64,000 bases of DNA from assembly GCA_017559825.1 (NCBI GenBank), contig JAFYQR010000093.1, positions 1,099 through 65,098 on the forward strand. The letters are read 5' to 3'. This stretch comes from Thermoguttaceae bacterium. GTDB lineage: Bacteria > Planctomycetota > Planctomycetia > Pirellulales > Thermoguttaceae. The notes beneath the pieces are model-generated. The model was not told the DNA's origin, made no database searches, and saw nothing but the letters and a program-made list of their open reading frames with translations. This document shows, piece after piece, positions 28,230 through 36,132 of the stretch (its first letter is position 1; each line of letters starts with the position of its first letter). The position numbers and the translations under genes were made by a program.

Positions 28230-28564
28230 TGTAGCGGTCCTTGAAGAGTAACGAGTTTATGTGAATGAATCGAAATAATTTTCGGGCGAAAATTACGATG
28301 AAACGCGACGCGCCGCCCTCGGAACCGAACGTTAAAACGGATAACGGTTCGAAAATCGACGGGCTTCGTTTTTCTCGTCCGAAACTATTATGACGACTTT
28401 TTTCTCCGAAAGCAAGCAAATTTCTCTCTTTTGGACAAAAAAACGCGTCTTTTTTTAATTTTTTTGTCGAGCGACGGCGCCGCGGCGTTTCGTCTTCGAC
28501 GAGTGAAAAAAACGAACCAATTTTACGACTTAAAGTTTTTACCTTTTTCGTCGTCGATTCTTAT

Positions 28565-28594
28565 ATTATTAGCGAAGGAACGGCGCGGCGTCAA
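28565..28594 (-). promoter_or_regulatory. candidate hup promoter with A/T-rich UP-like element
   Basis: On the minus strand: TTGACG (28594-28589), 18-nt spacer, AATAAT (28570-28565). A long A-tract (plus-strand T-rich 28605-28650) lies immediately upstream of the -35. This implies a about 330-nt leader. Confidence 0.45.
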
Positions 28595-28780
28595 CGCAAA
28601 ACGCCTTTCTTTTTGTTTTTTTCTTTATTTTTTCAAAAAAAAACGTTAAAATTAACGAGCGCGACGGGGAAGCGCGTTAAAATACGGGGTTTGCGTCGAG
28701 GCGTTAAAACCGTCGACCGCGCCGTTAGACGTCGAGGAAGCGAGAACGCTCTAAGATGGGAAGAACGAAAGTCGGGCCGC

Positions 28781-28808
28781 TTTACAGACGACGAATTTTT
28801 TTTATAAT
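28781..28808 (+). promoter_or_regulatory. sigma-70-like promoter upstream of paaK-type gene
   Basis: TTTACA (28781-28786), 16-nt spacer, TATAAT (28803-28808). Confidence 0.45.
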
Positions 28809-28972
28809 AGTACGTTGGTCGCCGGGAAACGAAATTTTTTGCGTCGGAGCGGTTCGTGTCGGCGCGAACCGAATATTTTGACGCCCGACGTCCGATTTCC
28901 CCTATATTTTACGATGACGCCGCGGCGACTCGCGTCGCGACGCTAGATTCCGCGTTGACGGAGGTAAACTAA

Positions 28973-30292
28973 ATGTCGCAATATACGATGACGAGCGCGC
29001 CCGACTATATTCCTGTGAAGATGCTTCGCGAAATCCAAAACGAACGCTTTATGGAGACGTTTCGTTACGTTTACGCGAACGTCCAATGGTATCGCGATCT
29101 GCTGGAAAAGAACAACGTTTCGCCGGACTCGATCAAATCGATCGCCGATATTAGCAAGCTGCCGTTCGTTAAAAAGACCGACCTGCGCGACACTTACCCG
29201 TTCGGCATGTTCGCCGCGCCGCGCAACGAAATCGTTCGCTACCACGCCAGCAGCGGGACGACCGGCAAGCCGATCGTGATGGGGTACACGCGCGGCGACA
29301 TCGACGTTTGGAGCGCGTCGGTCGCTCGCGGTCTCGCGGCCTGCGGTATTAACGACTCGGACGTTCTTCAAAACGCTTACGGTTACGGGCTCTTCACCGG
29401 CGGTTTGGGCTTGCACGCCGGCGGCGAAACGCTCGGCTGCTCCGTCGTCCCGATTTCCGGCGGGAACACCGAGCGTCAACTGATGTTGATGCGCGACTTT
29501 GGCGCCACGGTTATCTCCTGCACGCCGAGCTACTTCCTCCACCTGATCGACCACGCGAAAAAAGTCGGTTTCGACTGGAAGGAAACGAAGTTGCGCGCCG
29601 GGGTCTTCGGCGCCGAGCCTTGGACGGAGGAAATGCGCCGCTCCATCGAGTCGGAAACCGGGATTAAGGCTTACGATATTTACGGTTTGACCGAAATTTC
29701 CGGCCCCGGCGTCGGTTGCGAATGCGCTTGCCAAGCGGGCGTTCACATCTTTGAAGACAACTTTTATCCGGAAATCGTCGACCCGGAAACGCTCGAACCG
29801 CTTCCGGACGGCGAAATCGGCGAACTCGTCTTCACGACGCTCTGCAAACGCGGGACGCCGCTCGTTCGTTACCGAACTCGCGACATTACGTCGATCGTCG
29901 TCGAACAATGCGCTTGCGGTCGTACGATGCGCCGCATTAGCCGTATTTCGCACCGCTCCGACGATATGATGATTATTCGCGGCGTCAACGTGTTCCCGGG
30001 CCAAATCGAAGCGTCGCTTTTGGCGGTCGATCCGACGTTGATCCATTACCAAATCGTCCTTTCGAAGAACGCGACCGGGCTCGACGTCATTGAAACGCGC
30101 GTCGAGTTGAGCGCCGAAAAGTTCGCGGAACTCGGCGACAACGTCGCCGCCGTCGAAGCGTTCAAGCGCGCCATCGGCGAGAAGATGCAACGCACCATCG
30201 GCATTAACGTTAAGATTGCGTTCGTCGAGCCGAACTCCCTCCCGCGCAGCGAAGGGAAACTGAACCGCGTCGTCGACAACCGTAAGAAATAA
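28973..30292 (+). CDS. paaK: phenylacetate-CoA ligase family (PaaK / F390-synthetase-like adenylate-forming enzyme)
   Basis: GGAGG SD. LPFVKKTDLRDTYPFGMFAAPRNEIVRYHASSGTTGKPIVMGYTRGDIDVWS and the C-terminal ...LPRSEGKLNRVVDNRK are typical of PaaK. Confidence 0.88.
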   Translation: MSQYTMTSAPDYIPVKMLREIQNERFMETFRYVYANVQWYRDLLEKNNVSPDSIKSIADISKLPFVKKTDLRDTYPFGMFAAPRNEIVRYHASSGTTGKPIVMGYTRGDIDVWSASVARGLAACGINDSDVLQNAYGYGLFTGGLGLHAGGETLGCSVVPISGGNTERQLMLMRDFGATVISCTPSYFLHLIDHAKKVGFDWKETKLRAGVFGAEPWTEEMRRSIESETGIKAYDIYGLTEISGPGVGCECACQAGVHIFEDNFYPEIVDPETLEPLPDGEIGELVFTTLCKRGTPLVRYRTRDITSIVVEQCACGRTMRRISRISHRSDDMMIIRGVNVFPGQIEASLLAVDPTLIHYQIVLSKNATGLDVIETRVELSAEKFAELGDNVAAVEAFKRAIGEKMQRTIGINVKIAFVEPNSLPRSEGKLNRVVDNRKK

Positions 30293-30360
30293 ACGACGTT
30301 AGCGTTTAATTTAAAAGGCGGCGCGGCGCGGTTCGTTGCGTCGCTAAAACGCTAAAATGA

Positions 30361-30411
30361 AAAACGTCGAAACCGAACTCCCGCAGAAGAAAAGGTTTCG
30401 ACGTTTTTTTG
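30361..30411. terminator. bidirectional terminator between paaK and GH43 (convergent)
   Basis: 14-bp stem aaaacgtcgaaacc / ggtttcgacgtttt. T-run downstream on both strands. Confidence 0.65.
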
Positions 30412-30468
30412 TTGATTGGCGACTAATTGTAAACGTCGCTTGTTTTTGACGCGGCGTCGTGTCGATTC

Positions 30469-31623
30469 TTACTTCTTAACGAAACCCGGAATCGGACGCG
30501 GATCGACGCTCGGGCCGTCGACGGTAAGAACGCCTTTCGAGTTGATGAACATACGGTCGATAAAGAGTTTGCGGTCGCGCCCTTCGGTGCGCGCGTGGTA
30601 AACGTAGTACATTTCGGAGCGGTCCGGCGAGAAGAAAACGTTGCCGTGTCCCGTGCCGCGAACGATTCCGCCTTTGTCGGAGTTTTTCTCTAAAATCGGG
30701 TTGTTCGCCGCTTTAGTATACGGGCCGAGCGGAGAATCGGCGGTCGCGTATCCGACGGCGTACCAGTCGCCTCCGAAGAAATTGGCGGAGTACGTGACGT
30801 AGTATTTGTCGTTTAACTTAAAGAGCGCCGAGCCTTCCGTCCAGCGGCGGTTGACTTCTCCGGACGCGACGGAACGGCTTTCCCATTCGGCTTGCGCGTC
30901 GTCGAGTTTGACCGGCGGACGGAGCAGAACGACCGGATCGCCGTCGACGTTTTTGAAGTCTTTCGTCAGTTTGACGCCGTAAACCCAGCTTTCTTCGATT
31001 TCTTTGAACTTCCCTTCGGCGCGGACTTTAGCGGCGAGCTCGCTCTCGACGGCGTGTTGGTAGCAGCAGCGCGAATACGTCAAATACGGCGTCCCGTCGT
31101 CGTCGATAAAGAGGTTCGCGTCGATAATCGGATAGCCGGGGTCGAAGATCGGCTCGTCTTTGAGGAGCTTGAACGGCCCGCGCGGCGAGTCGGCGACGGC
31201 GACGCCGATGTTGAATTTTTCGGCGGTCGTCCAAGGAAAGTCGGCGTTTTGCGCGCTGAAAAAGAGGTAAAACTTGCCGTCGATTTCGTATCCTTCCGGC
31301 GCCCAAAACGCGTCGCGGGCCCAGGTTCCGGTCGCGTCGAACGCGACGCCTTCGTCTTTCCACTCGACGAAGTCGACGGTCGAGCGAACTTCGTAACCGC
31401 GGACGTCGCCGCGTTCGGAAGTGTAGTAAAGCCAATATTTTCCGTCGAACTTGACGACTTCGCCGGTCGGCTTGCGCAGAACGGACGGGTCGGCCGCGAC
31501 GCCGTTCGGATTGCGGTATTTGAGCGTCGGCGAGTCCGCGAACGCCGGAAACCCGGTCGCTCCGACGACGAGCGCTCCGAGCGCGCCGCCGACGATTTGT
31601 CGATGGAAATCTCTGCGATTCAT
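30469..31623 (-). CDS. glycoside hydrolase family 43 (xylosidase/arabinofuranosidase-like) with Tat signal
   Basis: Track ORF starts at TTG 31629; ATG 31623 gives MNRRDFHRQIVGGALGALVVGATGFPAFA (twin-arginine). GH43-like blocks FWAPEGYEIDGKFYLFFSA, IDANLFIDDDGTPYLTYS and TEGSALFKLNDKYYVTYSAN. Confidence 0.87.
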   Translation of the reverse strand: MNRRDFHRQIVGGALGALVVGATGFPAFADSPTLKYRNPNGVAADPSVLRKPTGEVVKFDGKYWLYYTSERGDVRGYEVRSTVDFVEWKDEGVAFDATGTWARDAFWAPEGYEIDGKFYLFFSAQNADFPWTTAEKFNIGVAVADSPRGPFKLLKDEPIFDPGYPIIDANLFIDDDGTPYLTYSRCCYQHAVESELAAKVRAEGKFKEIEESWVYGVKLTKDFKNVDGDPVVLLRPPVKLDDAQAEWESRSVASGEVNRRWTEGSALFKLNDKYYVTYSANFFGGDWYAVGYATADSPLGPYTKAANNPILEKNSDKGGIVRGTGHGNVFFSPDRSEMYYVYHARTEGRDRKLFIDRMFINSKGVLTVDGPSVDPRPIPGFVKK

Positions 31624-31726
31624 TGTCAAAATCTCGTTATTAAAGCGTTAAAATATAAAAGTTAAGCCGCCGAAACGCGCGATTCCAAGGGAAAACGCGG
31701 CGCGTTCGACGGCTTGGTAAATCGTT

Positions 31727-34700
31727 CTACGTCGGTTGCTTGCGTCGGCGCCAGCGGTCGCGGGGATCGTCCTCCGCGACGCCCTGTTTTTGCGGCGCCG
31801 GGAGAAGTTGGAACGAGTCGTCGCCGAAACGCTCCTCGATTCGGAGCCGCATCTCGCTCGTCATGTTCAGCTTAAATTCCGGACACTTCAGCGTCGCGAG
31901 CGCGCCGTCCTTCATTTGAAGGCGAATTTCCAAATCGGCGCCGCGAGCGTTCCCGTCGCGACCGATTCGGTACGTCTTTAAAATGTCGTAAAGCGTTTTC
32001 GCGCCGCCGTTTTGCGCCGACGATTCCTTCAAAACGATCGCGACGCCGCGCGTCATTTCGGTCGCCGCGTTTTCGAACGGGACAACCTCGTCGACAAAAA
32101 ACGTCGTTTCGACTTCCGATTCGTTTTCGTCGTCGCCGTCCTTTTTCTCGTTCTCTTTTTTCTCCAAGCGTCCGCGCAAAAAGACGACGGCGTCGTTCTT
32201 TAGGTGTTGACCGTATTTGGCGAACGCGTCGGCCCACATGATCGCTCGAATCGACGCGTCGAGGTCTTCGATTTGGAAGATCGCGAATTGACTCGGGCGG
32301 CCCGGCTTGGGATTTTTCGACGTTTTAATATCGACGCCGGAGAGCGCGCCGCCGATCGTCGCTCGCGCTTTGTTCTGGAACTGCTGGACTTTAGCGATCG
32401 ACGCGGCGAACATCTGCAACATTTCGCGGCAGTCGCCGAGCGGGTGCGCCGTAACGTAAAATCCGAGCGTTTCCTTCTCGTAGAGCGCGGTTTCCTTGGC
32501 CGACCATTCCTCGACGTCGGGGAGACCGCGCAAATTGTCGGCGAGTTCCTCTTCGGGCGTTTTCGGGGCCTCTTCTTCAAGGTCGAAGAAGCTGCGCTGA
32601 CCGCGGGCTCGGTCGGCGGCGACCGCTTGGCCGTTTTTGTAAGCCTTGTCGAGCGCTTGCATTAACTGCGAACGCTTCGCGCCCAAGCAGTCGAACGCGC
32701 CGCATTTGATCAGCGATTCGACCGTCGTGCGTCCAACGATTTTCGTGTCGACGCGTTCGTAAAAGTCGAAAATGCTTTTGAACGGGCCGCCTTCCTCGCG
32801 AGCGCGAACGATTTCGGCGACGGCGTCCTCGCCGCACGCTTTGACCGCCGTCAAACCGAACAAAATCTTGCCGTCGACGACTTTATAACGAGCGTCGCAA
32901 GCGTTTACGTTCGGCGGAACGACTTCGATTCCCATTCGTTTGCAGTCGTCTACGTGCTCGACGGTTTTGTCGCGCTTCGTGAAGTTGCGCGCCGAAATGT
33001 CGCCGCAAAGGAGCGCCGCCATAAACGCCGCCGGATAGTGCGCTTTCAAATACGCCGTCGTGTAAGCGACGTTCGCGTACGCGGTCGAGTGCGACTTGTT
33101 GAAGCCGTAGCCGGCGAAAACCTTGATGAGGTCGAAAAGCTCTTGTCCCTTTTCGGCGGTGAGGCCGTTTTCCTGCGCTCCCTTAATGAAGTCGTCGTTG
33201 AACTTAGCGATCTTGTCGTGCTTCTTTTTACTGATCGCTTTAATGCAGGTGTACGCGCTCGAGAGCGGCACGTTCCCAAGTTTGTTCAAGATGCGCATGA
33301 TCTGCTCTTGGTAGACCATAACGCCGTTCGTTTCGGCGAGGACTTCCTCGAGCACCGGGTGCAAGTAGACCGCTTCCTTGCGTTTGTGCTTGACCGCGAC
33401 GTAGTCGTCGACCATGCCGCCTTCGAGCGGGCCCGGGCGATAGAGCGCGAGAACGGCGATAATGTCGCGAAAGTTGTCCGGACGCATGTTCATCAAAAGC
33501 TCGCGAATCCCGGAGCTTTCAAGCTGGAAAACGCCCTTCGTTTCGCCTCGGCACAGGAGCGCGTAAGTGTCGGGGTCGTCGAGCGGAAGCGAGTACGGGT
33601 CGACCGTTTCGCCGGTCGTCTCCTTAATAATGCGCACCGAGTCGGCGAGAATCGAGAGGTTGCGCAAGCCGAGGAAGTCCATTTTCAGGAGCCCCGCCTT
33701 TTCGACCTCGGCGCCCTGCCATTGCGTAACGAGTTCGTCCTTGCCGGTCAGCTTTTGCACCGGAACGAAATCGGTCAGCGCGCGCTGAGAAATAACGACG
33801 CCGCAAGCGTGCGTTCCGGCGCTTCTCGCGAGGCCTTCCGTTTGCTTCGCGTAGTCGATGAGCTCGCGGACGTCGGCGTTTTCTTCGTAAAGTTTGACGA
33901 GTTCCGGACTTTGATCGAACGCCTTTTTGATCGTCATCTTCGGCGCGTCCGGGACGAGTTTCGTAACGGCGTTGACGTCGGCCAACGGAACGCCGAGCGC
34001 GCGTCCGACGTCGCGAATCGCCAGCTTCGCCGCCATCGTGCCGAAAACGCCGAGCTGCGCGACCTTTTCGGCCCCGTAGTGTTCCTTGACGTAGTCGATA
34101 ATTTCGCCGCGCCGCGACTGTTCGAAGTCGATGTCGATATCCGGCGCCTCGATGCGGTTTTCGTCCAAAAATCGTTCGAAGAGGAGGTCGAACTCCAGCG
34201 GGCAAACGTGCGACATGTTGAGCGCGTAGCAGACGATCGCGCCGACGCCGGAACCGCGGGCGGTGCGGTGGACGCCGCGCTCCTCGGCGACGCGCACGAA
34301 GTCCCAAACGATCAGGAAGTACGTCGCGAAACCGAGCTTCGCGATGACGCCGAGCTCGCGATTGAGGCGCGCCATGACCTCTTCGGAAAGCTCGCCGTCG
34401 ACCATCCGCTTCGGGTTGTTGGCGTAACGTCGCTTGAGACCCTGAATGCAGAGTTCGCGGAGGTAGTCGTCCGGCGTTTTGTTGTCCGGCGGAATGAAAA
34501 TCGGGAAGTAGCGTTTGCCGAGTTCGAGTTCGAGATTGCAACGGTCGGCGATTTCGAGCGAACGCCAAACCGCGTCCTCGAAACCGGACGCTCGCTCCAT
34601 CATTTCCGCGCCGCTTTTGAGGTAAAACTCGTCGGAGTCCATCCGCATGCGGTTCGGGTCGGTGCGGAATTTTCCGGTGTTGACGCAGAGCACGAGGTCC

Positions 34701-35431
34701 TGCACGTCGGCGTCGTCGCGGCGAACGTAGTGCACGTCGTTCGTCATGACGGTCGGGATTCCGAGCTCGTTCGCAATGCGCAGCGTTCCCTGCAACGCGA
34801 TCTTTTGCTCCGCGATGCCGTGGTCTTGCAGCTCGAGGTAGTAGCGGTCGCCGAAGATTTCGCGGTGCCAGCGAGCGGCGGCGCGAGCGCGTTCGTAAGA
34901 CTCAGGCGAGCCGTTGCCGTTGGCCAGCGTCCGAGCGACCTCGCCCGCCAAACAGCCGCTGAGGCATATCAAGCCCTCGTTTCGCTTCGCCAATATCTCG
35001 CGGTCGACGCGCGGCTTGTAGTAAAACCCTTCGGTGTAGGCGATCGAGGAAAGATAGAGAAGGTTTTCGTACCCTTTGCGGTTCGTCGCCAAGAGCGTGA
35101 GGTGGAACGAACGTTTTTCTCCCTTTTCGAAACGGCTTCCCGGCGCGACGTAAGCCTCGTAGCCGAGAATCGGTTTGATTCCGGCGTCGAGCGCCTTCTG
35201 GTAAAACTCAAGCGTCCCGTAGAGGTTGCCGTGGTCGGTCAGCGCGAGCGCCGGCATTTCGAGCTCTTGCGCCCGAGCGATCAACGCTTCGAGCTTGCCG
35301 ACGCCGTCGAGAAGCGAATAATGCGAGTGCGTGTGGAGGTGGACGAACGGTATCGCTCCGGACGCGGTCGGTTCCCAAGGCGTTCGGGCGGTCGCGGCGT
35401 CGAGGGCGAGATCGAGGGGGGCGTCGCTCAT
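31727..35431 (-). CDS. dnaE: DNA polymerase III alpha subunit
   Basis: PHP motif FVHLHTHSHYSLLDG and polymerase core collinear with DnaE. Track start is TTG 35443; ATG 35431 is preceded by GGAGA. Confidence 0.95.
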   Translation of the reverse strand: MSDAPLDLALDAATARTPWEPTASGAIPFVHLHTHSHYSLLDGVGKLEALIARAQELEMPALALTDHGNLYGTLEFYQKALDAGIKPILGYEAYVAPGSRFEKGEKRSFHLTLLATNRKGYENLLYLSSIAYTEGFYYKPRVDREILAKRNEGLICLSGCLAGEVARTLANGNGSPESYERARAAARWHREIFGDRYYLELQDHGIAEQKIALQGTLRIANELGIPTVMTNDVHYVRRDDADVQDLVLCVNTGKFRTDPNRMRMDSDEFYLKSGAEMMERASGFEDAVWRSLEIADRCNLELELGKRYFPIFIPPDNKTPDDYLRELCIQGLKRRYANNPKRMVDGELSEEVMARLNRELGVIAKLGFATYFLIVWDFVRVAEERGVHRTARGSGVGAIVCYALNMSHVCPLEFDLLFERFLDENRIEAPDIDIDFEQSRRGEIIDYVKEHYGAEKVAQLGVFGTMAAKLAIRDVGRALGVPLADVNAVTKLVPDAPKMTIKKAFDQSPELVKLYEENADVRELIDYAKQTEGLARSAGTHACGVVISQRALTDFVPVQKLTGKDELVTQWQGAEVEKAGLLKMDFLGLRNLSILADSVRIIKETTGETVDPYSLPLDDPDTYALLCRGETKGVFQLESSGIRELLMNMRPDNFRDIIAVLALYRPGPLEGGMVDDYVAVKHKRKEAVYLHPVLEEVLAETNGVMVYQEQIMRILNKLGNVPLSSAYTCIKAISKKKHDKIAKFNDDFIKGAQENGLTAEKGQELFDLIKVFAGYGFNKSHSTAYANVAYTTAYLKAHYPAAFMAALLCGDISARNFTKRDKTVEHVDDCKRMGIEVVPPNVNACDARYKVVDGKILFGLTAVKACGEDAVAEIVRAREEGGPFKSIFDFYERVDTKIVGRTTVESLIKCGAFDCLGAKRSQLMQALDKAYKNGQAVAADRARGQRSFFDLEEEAPKTPEEELADNLRGLPDVEEWSAKETALYEKETLGFYVTAHPLGDCREMLQMFAASIAKVQQFQNKARATIGGALSGVDIKTSKNPKPGRPSQFAIFQIEDLDASIRAIMWADAFAKYGQHLKNDAVVFLRGRLEKKENEKKDGDDENESEVETTFFVDEVVPFENAATEMTRGVAIVLKESSAQNGGAKTLYDILKTYRIGRDGNARGADLEIRLQMKDGALATLKCPEFKLNMTSEMRLRIEERFGDDSFQLLPAPQKQGVAEDDPRDRWRRRKQPT

Positions 35432-35483
35432 ACGGTTCTCCAAAAAACGAGAGGCAAGCGGCTAAAAAGCGTCGACGACTTTT

Positions 35484-35512
35484 ATTATAGTCGCGAGACG
35501 GCGATTTTACAA
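35484..35512 (-). promoter_or_regulatory. sigma-70-like promoter of dnaE
   Basis: On the minus strand: TTGTAA (35512-35507), 17-nt spacer, TATAAT (35489-35484), about 50 nt upstream of ATG 35431. Confidence 0.5.
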
Positions 35513-35844
35513 GAGAGCCGGCTCGATTTTCTCGTCGAGACGGCGTTTCGCGCTCAACCGTTATAATTGTAAAAATCTTTGCGGCAAGGCGAATTTTTGC
35601 GAAAAATTTTTAAAAAGAGGAAATTTTTCTTGCGAATCGCGCGAAGAAGAGTAAAATTGACAATAGGAACGCTCTCGCCGCGTCGCGCTTCGTTGTCGAC
35701 GTTGACGGTCGCGAACGTTTTGAGGAAAAAACGGAAAGCGCGGCTTGTTTCGATTTTGGCGAGCAAAAATAGCGGTTTTTTCGATATTTCCGGCCGCGCC
35801 GCGTCGTTTTAACGTTTGTTTGGCGCGCCGGTCGATATTATCGG

Positions 35845-35873
35845 TTGAAATCGCGGGGCGTTCGAGGTATAAC
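35845..35873 (+). promoter_or_regulatory. sigma-70-like promoter upstream of giant vWA gene
   Basis: TTGAAA (35845-35850), 17-nt spacer, TATAAC (35868-35873). Implies a about 250-nt leader. Confidence 0.4.
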
Positions 35874-36132
35874 GGATAGAGCGCGTCGTTTGAAGCGGCC
35901 CGCTCTTCCCGCGTCGACGGTCGACGACCGTTTGTTTCGACGCGACTTCCGTCCCCGACGACGGAACCCGACGGCGCGTTTCGGCGCGTCGCGAGGAAAA
36001 CGTCGGACGTAAAAATGTTTGGACGAGCGAAAACGGAAGCGCGAAACTGAGCGCATACGGTTTCGTGATCGCGTTTTTTCGGCTTCCATTCCAATCGGTT
36101 CAAAAGATTTTCGGAGAAGAAGGACTGTGCGT

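Noticed and set aside
28943-30190. 415-aa minus-strand ORF
   Set aside because: Antisense shadow of the PaaK-type ligase gene, which has the SSGTTGKP adenylation motif.
32954-35566. 870-aa plus-strand ORF
   Set aside because: Codon-aligned antisense shadow of dnaE. It is Arg/Val/Phe-rich with no motifs, whereas the dnaE frame shows the full PHP and polymerase signature.
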